Shown: positions 22,320-35,236, counted from the stretch's first letter. The stretch is 64,000 nt of DNA from Amphiscolops sp. MND2022 (GCA_964187785.1 OZ076415.1:57474001-57538000); one strand, 5' to 3'. The notes: generated by a model not told the origin, from the letters alone. Program-made: numbers and translations.

Positions 22320-22658
22320 AAACAAGACGGGAACGTCCAAAGTTGGCGCCATACCTAAGGCTCAAAAAGCGCAAAGTTTTTGAAAACGAGAAAATTTTTT
22401 AAATCTCACAATGCCGACAAAAGGAGGTGGGGAAAGCCTTGCAGTGCCAAAAAATTGGAAAGAAAGAGCCTTCTGCTTTGCAATGGTTTTGTTTTTTCTG
22501 TTACAGGGGTTTTATATGCGTTCAAGATCAAGTACTAAGTACGTTTGGTTAAAGTACACAGAGCACTAAAATTGGTAAATATGGGTGAGGTATTTGGTCT
22601 GACAAAAATAGCCACTGTAATAGTCGGGCACTTTTCTCAAGAAAAGCGCTGACTAAAA
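22320..22658 (+). mobile_element. Non-autonomous Helentron/DINE-1-like (HINE) element, copy 1
   Basis: Begins AACAAGACGGGAACGTCCAAAGTTGGCGCC and ends with the hairpin GTCGGGCACTTTTCTCAAGAAAAGCGCTGACTAAAA. Both termini are shared with many copies in the window. Confidence 0.7.
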
Positions 22659-23328
22659 GGAGCTCCATATAATATTGCTCAAAATAAAAGCTGTTGAAAT
22701 TCTGCAAAGGGAACCTCGAGAAAAGAAAATGTGCTGCTAAACGTCATCATGGAAAGAAATCATAGGAACAACACTCATTATTTCCATCGTTTCGTGTAAA
22801 CACAGTTACCGAAATGATTTAGTAACCGGAATTGAAACAATTCAAAGCACCAATACCATCAGTTGCTTATGAAAGAACCTTTTTCGAACATAACCTCAAC
22901 ATAAATTTGCCAAATAAATAATTACCAGTAACAATTATGCATCACTGATTGTTTTCCAACATAAGAGGTTCTTCTTTTCGTCCTTCATGTTGAATATATA
23001 CATTGGCTCCCTGAGAACTTTACATTACTTCTTGAAAATTTGAACTCCAAATTAAGTTCTAACTCTGAAAGCATAAGTTCAAAGTTGCACTATTCAAGAA
23101 ACTGATGACATCACCTCAGAACTCAAAAAAATATAATTGTTCTCAGCAAAACGCTGCTTAGTAATTAGAAAGGTCCGATCAGAAAGACATCAATTAAAAC
23201 ATGCATCAATTTTTTACCTAAAGTTTTTAATTTCGAACAGTTCTATCAGAATAGAAATAGTCTAACTATCACACTATCACAAACTAATTCAGTAGTGTCA
23301 GAAACCAAATGAACCTTTACTAGCAATT

Positions 23329-23400
23329 ACAAGCCGGGAACGGCCCAAGTTGGCGCCCTGCTCAAGACACTTGAGTTTAAAAAAGACCAAGAGAAAATTT
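23329..23400 (+). mobile_element. HINE-family terminal fragment
   Basis: ACAAGCCGGGAACGGCCCAAGTTGGCGCC terminus only. Confidence 0.55.
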
Positions 23401-23695
23401 AAAATGTCTTTAGGGTTTACCGACTTAAAATAGAAACTTGGAGAAATGAGAAAAATCAGCTATTCAATCAGGGAATATTCGGAAAGTCTCGCTTCCGTTC
23501 GGGTTGCGAAGACATTTTGGCAGAAATGTTGCAGTTTTGTGAGAAAAGTTTCCTTCGATCAAACACTTTCTGAAAAACGAAACATTGCTTGGATCAATAA
23601 TAATGATATATTTGTTGGCCCCCGTTTTTTGATTTCAGAGACATCAAGTCAATATTTTGTGAAAATGTGTCCAATGGTATTTAATATTGTCTTAT

Positions 23696-24338
23696 AATTC
23701 CACAAATAGTGATTTTAGACGTTATTCCACAAAATTAGTGATTTTAGACGTTATTTCAAAATATGGGTATTGTAGTCGTTATTCCAGTACAATGTACAAT
23801 ACAATCTTTTTAGATCTTATTCTACCCGAATAGATTTATTTTAGAAGTAATTCCACAAATATAGTGATTTTAGACGTTATTCCCCAAAAAAGCGATTTTA
23901 GACGTTATTCCGCAAAAACTGATTTTGGACGTTGTTCTACCAGACTATGGGTATTTTAGTCGTTATTCCAGAGAATTAGTGTTTTTAGATCTTTCTCGAC
24001 CCAAATATATTTATTTTAGACGTTATTCCACCAATATAGTGATTTTAGACGTTATTCCCCAAAAAAGCGATTTAGACGTTATTCCGTAAAAACAGTGGTT
24101 TTAGACGTTATTCTACCAGATTATGCGTATTTTAGTCGTTATTCCAGAAAAATACAGTGTTTTTAGATCTTATTCGACCTAAATACTGTTATTTTAGACG
24201 TTATTCCACAAACATAGTGATTTTAGACCTTATTCCTCAAATACAGTGATTTTAGACGTTAATCCACAAAATTAGTGTTTTAGAAGACGTTATTTCATCA
24301 AACTTTGGGTACTTTAGTCGTTAATCTAGTGAAATACA
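23696..24338. repeat. Minisatellite, ~30-bp unit (consensus ATAGTGATTTTAGACGTTATTCCACAAA), about 21 copies
   Basis: TTTTAG(A/T)CGTTATTCC is directly repeated throughout the interval. Confidence 0.93.
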
Positions 24339-25651
24339 GCATTTGGGCCATATTTTAACAAAATAACGTAATTTCGGTCCTTTTTTATCAGTAGTCAGAT
24401 CAGAAATGAAATACAGTATCTAAAAATTTTGACTCAAACTTTCGGATGAGAATTTTTCATTTTTAAAAATTTTGTTGGTTTTTTTCATTAAAAAACATCG
24501 AGTTTTTCAATTCATGCGACAAGCTCCAGCAAACATGATCGCAAAAACCTATAATAATCTTTTTTGTTAGTTTTCATGACTTTTTTATGGTTTTTGGCGC
24601 TGAAAAATAATTCGAAAAGTTTGAAATTCGAACCAATCAGAACAGTCGTATTTTGATATTCCATTCTAAAGTAGTCCCTAAAAAATCGTATAGAACTTCT
24701 ATATGAAAATGATTTTGTTTTTTCTAAACACGGAAAGGAAAGCACGAAACGCCTTTTCCAAAAGTGTGCATGAAAAAAAAATTTCCATCAAACAAAGTTC
24801 CAGTACTACGAATTTGTTTGCCACACTGGCAATTTGTTTTCGTTTCTTGTAGCGTCTGTGCTTACGAAATTAGACGCTTTGCCCACAAAAACCTACAAAA
24901 CTTCGCGGGTTATTCGGTTTTGATTTTCTTGATGCTGCTCTGAAAACCCGCTAAATTGTAGAGAAATCTTGATAAATACCTGAAAAATTAGTGACGCAGC
25001 ATGAAAATATTGAGCATGAAAAGTTCTCTGAGCAGCTCCATTACGATACACATCCCGGTAAAATGGATTTCAGTCACGCAGCGTAATCTGTGTAATCCGT
25101 AAAATGGTCATTCAGCGTAAGTTGTCAAGACGGTCTATGCCTGAACGGTGTAGCTGTGTCAACGCGCGTAAAGGAAAATAGTGTAAACTAGTCAAGGCAC
25201 GTAGTTTGTGAAAAGTGGAAGTTAGTCCAAAAATACACTTTTGGGTTTTGTAGGTTTTTGTGGAGTCCAAAAAACCTAATAAATTAGCCTTGCAACCTAT
25301 AAAAGCATGTAAAACTTTTGAGCACTTTCAACTAGGGCGACTGATCTGACTGCTATATGAGCACGAAGATAGTGTTTCGACAGTTTTTTGTGAGTTTTTC
25401 ATTTGAAAAAGTTCTGAGCATATTTTGAAAACTTTTCGCTTTTTGAGCATTAAGTGCGGCGCCGACTTGAGGCGTTTCTGATTGTTCTGATTGCTCTTTG
25501 TCATTCTTCGAGAACTTCAAGTTGATAAGTGGTAAATTGGTTATACATTACGGCATACAATTTGATGATTTTTCTACACTCAGAAGTTGAACGCTACTGC
25601 CTAGAATTATGCAGTTTTTGGGCATTGTGAAGTCCGTCTTTTGGTTTTTAG

Positions 25652-26381
25652 TTCTCGATCCATTTCAGCGAGATATTCCAATGCAAAGGCCGAAAGTCAA
25701 CAATCTCCACCCAAAGTTGATTCAGTTACTGCAACACCTCCCGCGCCTTTTTCTGGAATCGTCCGAATCCAGCTCCGATTCCCAGATGGAAGTCACCAAA
25801 ACATTGAATCTGCTCAAGAGTCGACGCTCGCCGATGTTAAAGCGATTGTTGATCTACAATACTCGCACTTGATCAACAGTTCTGACTTTACTCTTGCAGT
25901 TCCTTATCCCCGCAGAGTGTTCACGAATGCCGAACTGAGTCAGAGTCTAGAAGACTTACAGTTGGTTCCCTCTACCGTTTTGGTGGTTTTGCCGCAAAAG
26001 GGATCTGGGCGCAAAACATTTGGGTCTTCTTCACAAGCTGTGTCTCAAGAAAGCAATATTTTTGCCAGGTTTATAGCAATGTTTGTTTCATTCTTCGCTT
26101 TCATCATATCAATATTCACTGGAGGCAGGCGCCAACAAAGTATGGGGGAACCATCTTCATCTGACGCACATCAGGCTTCTAGCAGCCCAGGGGATTCTAA
26201 ATCGGAAGACACCAATGAGAAGCCTCAACAAGACTCGAACCAACCTCGACAGCGTTTGAATGCTGCTGACAGGCAGAAGCGGGTTTCGAAGTTGGAATCG
26301 GGAAACATCCATCGTTTGAACACAGACACTGATGATGGTGAGAACAATACTTGGAATGGAAATTCGACTCAGCAAATGTGA
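25652..26381 (+). CDS. UBXN4: UBX domain-containing protein 4 (erasin)-like, terminal coding exon
   Basis: UBX domain (RIQLRFPDG..LAVPYPRRVF..SLEDLQLVPSTVLVV), an intramembrane segment IFARFIAMFVSFFAFIISIF, and the characteristic C-terminus NIHRL..ENNTWNGNSTQQM. Splice acceptor TTTTTAG ends at 25651. Upstream exons not found. Confidence 0.88.
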
Positions 26382-26759
26382 TTTCTGGTTTTTGTTGTTG
26401 ATGTTATTGTTGTAATCAGTAGTAATCTTTGAACTGTTCGAATTTGAAAAAAAAAATGCATACAATCCATCACTATAAATAATTTAATGATCATAGAAAC
26501 TTTTCTGCTTGTAAATTGAAATTTTCCATCTCATTAGTTGGAGGCTTTAGTTTGATTGTTTTTCGATAAAAGTAGAGTATATACCGGATAAAGTGTCCAA
26601 TCATTGAGACTTCTGAGACTTGGCTGCCATATGTTTGGTTGTTTAGAGATATTCGGAGGTTTCGTTTATTAAGTCATTTCATTGTTTCGTTTATGTTTTG
26701 TCTTTTTGTCGGTACAGTATTCATTCTTCCAGTTTCACATTACCTCATTTGAGGTAATT

Positions 26760-27130
26760 AAGCCAAAATTAGTCCAAAAATGACAATTTTTGGAGTTTCG
26801 ATTTACTCAAAAACTGTCCATACGATTCGAACGAAGTTTTTTACTGTCATTCTACACCATATTAGGGTCCTATGTGTGTGATGACATCAAAGTCGTTTGA
26901 CTGGGATCTGAAAAACAGTTGAAATTAGTCCAAAAAGAGCAATTTTTGAACTTCTTTCGATTTTCTCAAAAAACTCTTTACGATTTGAAAGAATTTTTAT
27001 GGAGTCTTTCTACACCATATAAGAGCTTCATGTGTGCAATTTAATGAAAAACCTATGACTGGGATTCGAGCGAGTCAGAAGGAAAAAGTCCTAATCTGAC
27101 TCCTTTATTACCGCACATGCGGCTCTGGTT
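26760..27130 (+). repeat. Second dispersed repeat family (possible non-autonomous Helitron-like); a further partial copy at ~36330-36425
   Basis: AAATTAGTCCAAAA recurs at ~26767, ~26922 and ~36330. Both loci end ..CATGCGGCTCTGGTT, with a short hairpin CCGCA-CA-TGCGG at 27111-27122. Confidence 0.5.
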
Positions 27131-29257
27131 ATCAACCTGATTGATGCGGTGAAATGTTACACTTGGACGAAAAAAAGTATACGGAGTTGAAATATCCGAT
27201 ATAACAAAATACTGTGCTGTTATTTCCCGATTAGCATCATTTTCGTGCTAATTATTATTTGGTATTATTTCCACATTCAATGTGTTGTCGCAATTCCAAA
27301 ATTGGCTGTTTTGTCCCGCTCCCTGAAATGGCGTTGGTACTGAGTTGAACAAAATAAAAAAAGCGTTATAAGCGTCGTCAGCCGAGATGAACGTTTTTCA
27401 AGCATGCAAAAAAAACGTTTTTGTTTTTTGTCTGGTCGATTAGATTCTGGTACTGACCACGTAGATCGTAAATTTTTCGCTACTTTCGGGTTCGACTTCG
27501 TTTGATTTCTGCAGTTTTAATCAGTTTTTGAGCGCAAGTTTTCTACCATGAGGTATTGCACACTTCTGTTTTTTGAACATAGTCGACGGAGATTGGAAAC
27601 TGGCATTCATCATCAATCTATTACAAGTTATTTTGTGGCAAAAGTGAAAATACCAATTTCGTGGAAATAACGCTTTCTGGTCCGTCCCGGTTTAGCTGCA
27701 AAGCTGCTTTTCCATAGCTTTCCAGTGAAAGGCCATATTGTGAGAAAGATATCGATACTCCCATTCGATAGATGCATTGCATGGAGACCTATTGCTGAGA
27801 AGTCAAAGTCAATTAAAGGCCATTTTTGTTTTCGATTGTATGGTATTTAGTTCCTGGTTGCTTGCTTATTGCATTTCGTTTTCTGGTCTCATATTTGAAG
27901 CTGGCTCCTAAAAATTTATTTTCTTAAGCCACAAAATTTGATCCGCGAGACAATGTCATTTCAAAAGCATGTTCTTTTTTCAAATTTTATCAATTTAGAA
28001 ATGGGCCTTGTATATTTAAACGGTTTATTTTCATTGAATTCTAGCTTTTTAGCTATTGTTTTGTTTCCAAATGTAGGAATTTGTGGGTTCTATGGAGGTG
28101 AACATGTTGCAAAATATCTTTTTTTTTCCTTCATTTTTCTCGGCCATTTCAACTGAAGTGATTTTGCTTCAAATCTTTTTGAAGTTTTTTGGAGAAAACT
28201 GTTGTAGTTTTTTGTGGAATTTCACCAAGCATTGGTGGGATTGCATGTCAGTTTAAAGATGAAGAAAAAGAATTTTCAGGTTGTATGTGACGTTCAGTTC
28301 TGTAAAAATGGACAATTTTATGTGCTTGATGGGGTGATACTGAATTAGGTCATCGTGACTCATTCATAAAGGAAAAATAATCTTCATCGGCTATTCATGC
28401 TACTTTCCTTCATGTTTTTCTTTTTCCATGTGCTCGTTTATGCAACACTTCGGTTTTCCGTTTTTGTTGGTCCTTACTACTTCAATGAAGTTCGTGTGAT
28501 GACTAAGTTCATATCCGGTACCCCAAATTGTGTTGTTGGCTTCGCGTAAACGAAATTAAATTGTAAAAGTATTGTGGTTTATAAATCTAAAGGCAAGCAC
28601 TGTGTTGGAACACGTTATGACGGCAGTTCTTTATGAATGTACATGTATTATTAAGTAGGTGTATTTTGCAGCAGTCGTGTTTACATGTATTGCATGTAGT
28701 ACATGTACGCATTTGTGAGTAATTGTGTTCGATTTCTGTTTCGCGGACATTTATTCATTAAAACGCGTTAGTGTGAACGCTGTCGCCGCCTGGCGGTCAA
28801 GATGCGTTACTCTAATTGCATTCGTTGACACAGACTCGGCTGTGAATTAGCCAATAGCAGACAAGAGTTTTAGTCGTGTTCGCTTCGTGTCATTGACGAG
28901 ACTTGTTACTCATTCAGATTTACGCGATTTGTGAAAAGAGCCAGTGTGATATTTTGTCATTTTCTTCCAAGTTAGTCACCTTTCTTAAAGCAATTTTATC
29001 CTCTTTCCCACTTATACAGCATTACCAGCATTCTACTTTTTACAAATCCTCTACATATCTTACAATTCCAACCTGTATTTACCAATTTTTCTGCTATTTA
29101 TATCCTGCAATTTTCAATTTTTTTGTCAAATTCATTTCTAAAGCTCAACTAATTTGTGAATTTTATTCAATCTAATCACTTCAAACTTGTTTTCAGAACT
29201 TTTGTTCCGCGTTTCGCCTCGTCGCTTCGTTCGTTCCGCTAAAATATTTCGAAAAAA

Positions 29258-30346
29258 ATGGATCAGACGTTAGACCAAGTCATCAAAACAAGAAAGATCA
29301 AGTTCAATGGGCGAAACATGCAGCCAAAGCAAGGGGGTCTGCAAAAACAACAGTTCAAAAAGGGGGCATTCAATAATCAACCTCAACAGCGTCGTCAAAA
29401 CGTTGGCCAGTTCCGACCTCGTGGGCAATTTGTGAGAAATTTCAACCAGGGAAGACCCCAACAGCAGTTTCGCAAAATGAATTTCATGACCGGCGGTGGC
29501 ATGCAAAAGCGAAACCAGGGTCAATTCATGACGGGCAACCGGCAAAATTTCTTTAATCAAAGACGCCAACTCGCGCCATTTGCGATGCAACGAAACTTCA
29601 CTCGATTTCAGCAACAACAGCCAATGTTCAGACGCAATATGATGCAGCAAACTCAAATGTTCCAACCGCGCCGTTTCCAACAGAGAAACATGAATTTCGG
29701 ACAAATGAGATTCCAGCAGAACAGGCCCATGTTCGCCATGAGACAGCAAAACCAGGGCGTCGGCGGCATGAGACAGCAACAAAGCCAGGCCACGAAACTT
29801 TACATCTCAAACTTGGATTTCGGGGTCACAAATCAAGACGTGAAGGAACTCTTCAGCGAGTTTGGACCTATGGTCAGATACGGCGTGAATCACTCGGCAG
29901 CGGGACGCTCCGTCGGCTCGGCCGAAGTCTTCTTCAAGAACAAGATCAGTGCGATCAAGGCTATGCAAAAGTACAACGGTGTCACTTTAGACGGACGCCC
30001 CATGAAACTGGAAATTGCAGGAGGCGGCGGCGGCGGCGGCTCTCCCGCCATGCAAAGCCAGCAGAGAATGGCCATGATGCAGCCGAACAGGCCTATGATG
30101 CAAAGAAGACTACCTCAGCGACAGATGATGAACAAGATGAATATGAAATTTGTACCTCAGCGAAGGTTGAACATGAAAGCAGCTACCCACAAAATGGCAC
30201 AGAACTCAGCCGCCAAGAAGATTGTGGCTCAAGCCGCCATGCGACGTGCAATGAAGTCGAAAATGGTGATGGGTAAAAAGAAAGTAGCCCCGAACGTCGA
30301 GCAACTTGACGCTGATCTCGAGGCATATGCTGCATCCAAAGATTGA
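29258..30346 (+). CDS. ALYREF: Aly/REF export factor (THO complex subunit 4)-like, 362 aa, single coding exon
   Basis: N-terminal REF motif MDQTLDQVIK, RRM (TKLYISNLDFGVTNQDVKELFSEFG..GRSVGSAEVFF..AMQKYNGVTLDGRPMKLE) and C-terminal motif VEQLDADLEAY, in an uninterrupted ORF. Confidence 0.93.
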   Translation: MDQTLDQVIKTRKIKFNGRNMQPKQGGLQKQQFKKGAFNNQPQQRRQNVGQFRPRGQFVRNFNQGRPQQQFRKMNFMTGGGMQKRNQGQFMTGNRQNFFNQRRQLAPFAMQRNFTRFQQQQPMFRRNMMQQTQMFQPRRFQQRNMNFGQMRFQQNRPMFAMRQQNQGVGGMRQQQSQATKLYISNLDFGVTNQDVKELFSEFGPMVRYGVNHSAAGRSVGSAEVFFKNKISAIKAMQKYNGVTLDGRPMKLEIAGGGGGGGSPAMQSQQRMAMMQPNRPMMQRRLPQRQMMNKMNMKFVPQRRLNMKAATHKMAQNSAAKKIVAQAAMRRAMKSKMVMGKKKVAPNVEQLDADLEAYAASKD

Positions 30347-33300
30347 TGATAAATACTTGATGACAAACAAGCAAACAAACTGAAAATTCAAAAAGCGACG
30401 TTCTTTTACTGTACCTACCATTCAATGGCCCAAAGTGCAACACCTTGGCTGTTCACAAACTTTTCTCGCCTCTTTACTACACTCTGCGAGAGTGAAGCCT
30501 GTTTTGGGCACTATCTTTATAAAGTTTTTCTCTCGTTTTGTGTTGATCAATCAATCGTCCTTGATCCGGCTCGTCCGATGCAGGTTTTGAAATTCCAATG
30601 CTTTTAGAAATGACTATCTAATTTATCTGATCGTTTCTTCCTTCCGACTTTTTTTTCTGTAGACACGCGTTTCATCTCGAAGTTCTTCTTGATGTCTTAT
30701 GCGTTGTGAAGTTATATTTGAGTGTTGAGTTAGTTGCAGAATTTTGGAAGCAAAGGGTTTCTCTTAGTGACACAGGACATCAGCCAATATTAATTGATAG
30801 TCGATAAAAGCTAGCAATAAGTGCAAATAGTAACGTTGTGATTTGTTCAATTTATTTCGCTTATCCACTTAGCAGACAAAAATTTCACTAGCATCTGAAT
30901 CCTTCAAGGGTTTGAGTATCATCAGTTTTGTTTATAGATTCGGCTCTAGAAGCTTCCACAATTCGAAGATAGATAATTAAAATAAGAATAGCGTTCTTGT
31001 CACACTATCGCAGTGGTTTAGCCTTCCTGATAGCACCCCAGATTATAATACATTGTAAGATCATGGCAATGAGTCGCTAAGTTCATCTTGAGGAGTAATA
31101 ACCTTAATCGAGCAAATATTTCTGGATAACGAATATAGTGAATTTGCAGTTTTATTTTGAGGTAGGAATTATCCACAATCTACAAAATTTTGTTCAAAAA
31201 ATCTGTAAAAAGTTGAAAAAATCTCGATACACGGTACCTTAAGTAATCAATCTGAGCGATTACTCGTTCACGAATGACAAACTCGGGAATATAGCTAATG
31301 AATTTGTAATGCGCTTATTTCTAATTTCAATAGGAGACGTGTTGGTTTGGACATTATCCGCCAAAGTACGTTAAATGAAAAATACTACAAGGACAGACAT
31401 ACAGTAAATTACTCGAAGCTTGCCCACAATTGCATTTCTACTTCCAGAAGTTTTCAACAAATTTTGTTGAAATATTCGTCGTTAGGTTTTTTCTGAACCA
31501 CGCGCTGAAATGAGTCTCGCAAGTTGTGAAAAGGCTCCAAAGTTTTTAGGCATATTGGAAATATCCCGGACTCAGAAAGTGTAGTAACAAAGTCATTTTC
31601 AGTTCATTGCCAGAAGTGAGTTTCAGTCGTTAAGTGGCAATAATCAATCTTCTCAATTTGTCAAACCGTAGGTTTTATCGATGCTTGCAAGCATTTTAAT
31701 TCATAAGCGGTTCCGGATGAAACCAATGAAATCGAAACGCCTCGTTGCTACATGGTTTTTTTTCATGAGCCTTTCGCTATGAACAATCGAATTGTTCTTA
31801 GATTCCACAAATGAAAAAAGTGTCGAATATCGGGCGGCAAATATACTGTATTTTTGGGTGTTAAATTGATGACTCAAAGGATTCAAGTTTTTCTATTTCA
31901 GTACTTTTCTATTCTCAAAAAAATTCAATTCGTCATTAAATACGTCATTAAATAAGTTTCGGTTCGCTGGATTGAACTTGAAACGTGGTGTGCCATGTTT
32001 ACCGATCCGGCCCGGGAGCTTATCTGCATTGACTTTTGGTGGGTTCTTCTCTGGTATTTGAGAATCGAATGAAATATAGCTTGAAGCTTTGATTGGAAAA
32101 ATACAAGCCATTGAGAAGTGCTTAGTGCTTGCTAGAAGCTTACACGCTGTTTTTAAAAGAGTACTAGAAAATTCGAAATTCGGATGTTATCCTTATAGCA
32201 CACTGCAGTTCCAAATAATGATGTTGGGACATCCAAGATTTGGATGACAAACCTGCGCGCACCAATAACCTACCAAAGTTAGTACTACCACTATTTCCTA
32301 TTGAGACCCAAACGTATGTGTATTGCTGCTAAAAAAGCTCTCGTCTTTCAGGAAAGTTTGGCCCATAACTATAGTAGAAGAAATTGAGCTAAAAATCAGC
32401 TCACAGCAAAAAATAAACCCAGTGGATGTTAATGTGTAATGTGTAATTCAAACTCATTGTAACTGAAAATATGTGCGATATATCAATATCTTCAAAATAC
32501 AATTCAAGCAGGAAAAGAATGTTTTACCTGCTATCAAAGATGACACTTAAATTTTAAAATGCGGAAGTATCTTTGAAAAAATTCTTCGAGGAGAATTGAT
32601 GAAATAGAAATTGACCAATTTTATTTTCTAGAGTGGAATAGCTTCAATTTGTTTTTGATAGACTGAAAACTTTTTCATTTTTTTTCGGGGACTCTTGGTT
32701 CTAAAAGCAGGGACCCGAATTGCTGAAAAGCCCGTTCTTTTTCATTAAACGAAGATTATAAACAGTTTTTCTGTCAAATCATTCCGGAGTTGAACTTCGT
32801 AGATTGATTGTGACTATTTTCAATTTCAATACAAAATCTGTTTCAAACGTTTTGATGGTTCTTCGCTTGATGATGCATACCCGGGGTAATAGACGTGACG
32901 AGGAATATTGTGTCAAGCATTGTAATTGTGAGGATGGATATATTTTATCGTTCTCTGGCAGGCAAGTAAGTTCCAATTTTGAACTACGCGGTACGGGGCT
33001 CTTGGTATGAAATCTTTTTTTTTCAGGATTGTCCCATTACTCAGTCTGAAGCAAAAAAACGTTTCATCAATGAATCCCATTGTTTTGAACTTCTTTATTT
33101 GCTTTTGACGAGCATGATTTGAATTCAGGCTATTGTCCTTCGGCTACGTTAAGAGATGCGCCGCTCCGAAAAGTTTTCGCGTGGCCGGACAACGGGACAG
33201 GGCTAAATTAAGCTTCATATTTGACGGACATCTAGTGTTCGTCAACTATAAGTGATGAAACACTGTTCTCAGAAATGAGCAATTCATATGACGAAAAACG

Positions 33301-34149
33301 TAGCCAGGCTCTCGCTTGACAAGGCCAAAAACTATTTGTCGTTATTCGTGATTTGTTGAAATTTTGTTTTGCCAGTTATAAAAACATTTTTTTTCGCAGT
33401 CGGTATTTATCCGGCCGGATGCTGTCAATAGTCCTGTCGGATACGAAACGGACTTGATGTCCTATACACCCATTACTTCTTTAGTTTTCATTGCTTCAAT
33501 GAGTGACAAATGGATATTTATATCTATCGGCACTTCTTTTCATCTAATCCTAATGATCTAACCGACAGAAAACGATTAATTTCTTGAACTTGGCGATTAG
33601 CCCAAAATTGTTCGGGTATGAAATGATCTACAACCATTGAAGCTGGGACATTTTTGGAAGAGTGTGTTCCCAAAATTCCAAACGAATGTGTTGAGTGTGC
33701 CAAAGTGCTTTTGATTGCAGTTCTGGTTAGTTTTACCTAAATACTAATTGTTCAACTTGAATCAACGCCGTATGGCAGAATACAATTGTTGAATGAATCA
33801 GTAATCCAAAAGTCCGTCAATCCCCGAATTACTCCGACGTTGATTTTTTGTATTTCGAATACAGACCCTAAAACGGAGTAACTAGAACTGATTTTTCAAC
33901 TGGAAAGTCAAAAAATGAATTACATTGAACCCAGTTTTTGAAATTCGACGAAACAATTGTTTCAGAACTTTTTCGAATGAATGAGGAATGAGTTTTGTTC
34001 CAAATAAGAGGTTGTTTGATGACTCTCTAACCAAGATTTCTCAAAACAGCCAGCTGCATAACTGGGTGCCCTCTTAACGCCCAACATATAAGAATCCTAT
34101 TATATATCATTGTGTAGAGAAGCACAGTTCAATTTCAAAAAATAATTAG

Positions 34150-34220
34150 ACGTTGGTCAGGTTCGACCACTTGACTCTCTGCTCGGAAACCTTGCGCCCT
34201 AACCACTACCCTACCTCGCA
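34150..34220 (-). repeat. tRNA-derived (SINE-head-like) fragment
   Basis: The minus strand reads GGTAGTGGTTAGGGCG..GTGGTCGAACCTGACC, with degenerate A and B boxes and no clean cloverleaf. Confidence 0.4.
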
Positions 34221-34329
34221 AATTTTCCGACGTTGAGATATATCGAACTGGTATCAACTGGTTGCTATCAAATTTGGTTTGAAAAGTTATGGAGACTTCA
34301 AAATAGTAATTTTATTTAGATTTGTCAAG

Positions 34330-34720
34330 CCAAAAACATTTATGAAATTGAAGGGGTACACTTTGACCAAATAAAAATTCAATCAAAAAAAAAGTCGCAG
34401 TGCCGAAAAAAAACCAAAGATGTCACCCTCAAGACTGTAAACCTCAAAAAATCTTCAGATAATCTTGAGTCGCACAGTGCCGAAAAATTCTTAGGGACCC
34501 TCTCTGCTCGCTAAACTCTTTGTTTCTGTTGAAAATTGAAGGGGCACTTCAGTGGAACGCTTCAGAAAAAAGTTGCAAAGTGCCAAAAAACCCAAAGGGG
34601 GTCCTTCGTTCTCCCCTGTACTTTTGCAAGCTTCAAAAAGTTTTTTTTGCAGGCTTTGAGTGCGAGACAAGAACCCACATACTCCTGCTTCTCAGACCTA
34701 GGAATCCCAGTTAACTTCTA
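34330..34720 (+). mobile_element. Internal fragment of the HINE family
   Basis: GTCGCA(C)AGTGCCGAAAAA and AAGGGG motifs match the internal repeats of full copies; termini absent. Confidence 0.5.
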
Positions 34721-35236
34721 GGCCAAGTGGTAGTTAGAAGTTACTGCTAAAATATTCAACAGTTCGATACTAAATATTTTTCAGGCAACAGAGGTTTTTG
34801 GTGCTGATTTTGTAGTCAATTGGATTTTGTTGTAGCAACTGGGTGTTTTTCGCTTAGCCCAGCTCAGCATAGTTTTTTCTAAAGGAGTTGAAGCAATCTT
34901 CAGCGTTGTCAAGACAACCGACGAAACATTTTTTCCAAGAATTAATCTGGTTACGTGTAGGAGAACTCTTCCCTAAAACGCAGATTTTATCACGGGACAT
35001 TTTTCTTTTTTTATTAAAGTGCGGTACGCGTGAGTCTCAACACCTGCATAGCCTGGAATTTCTTGTTATTGAATTTTTCTTATGGTGTAATCAGCATAAA
35101 TTATTATCTTATTGGTTATATTTTCAGGCTTTTCCAAAGAAGGGTGGCAACGTGTCATGGTAGTTTAGTTGTCTCGCCAGGCCTAGCTCTCGGCTGTCGC
35201 TGCCCACTCCAAGTTCATGAAAGATGGTTTGGCGTA

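Noticed and set aside
28630-28700. Clusters of TACATGTA/ACATGT palindromes (also ~56630-56690)
   Set aside because: Short low-complexity motifs with no larger structure; no function supportable.
29270-30443. Minus-strand ORFs overlapping ALYREF
   Set aside because: Antisense shadows of a codon-biased, low-complexity CDS.
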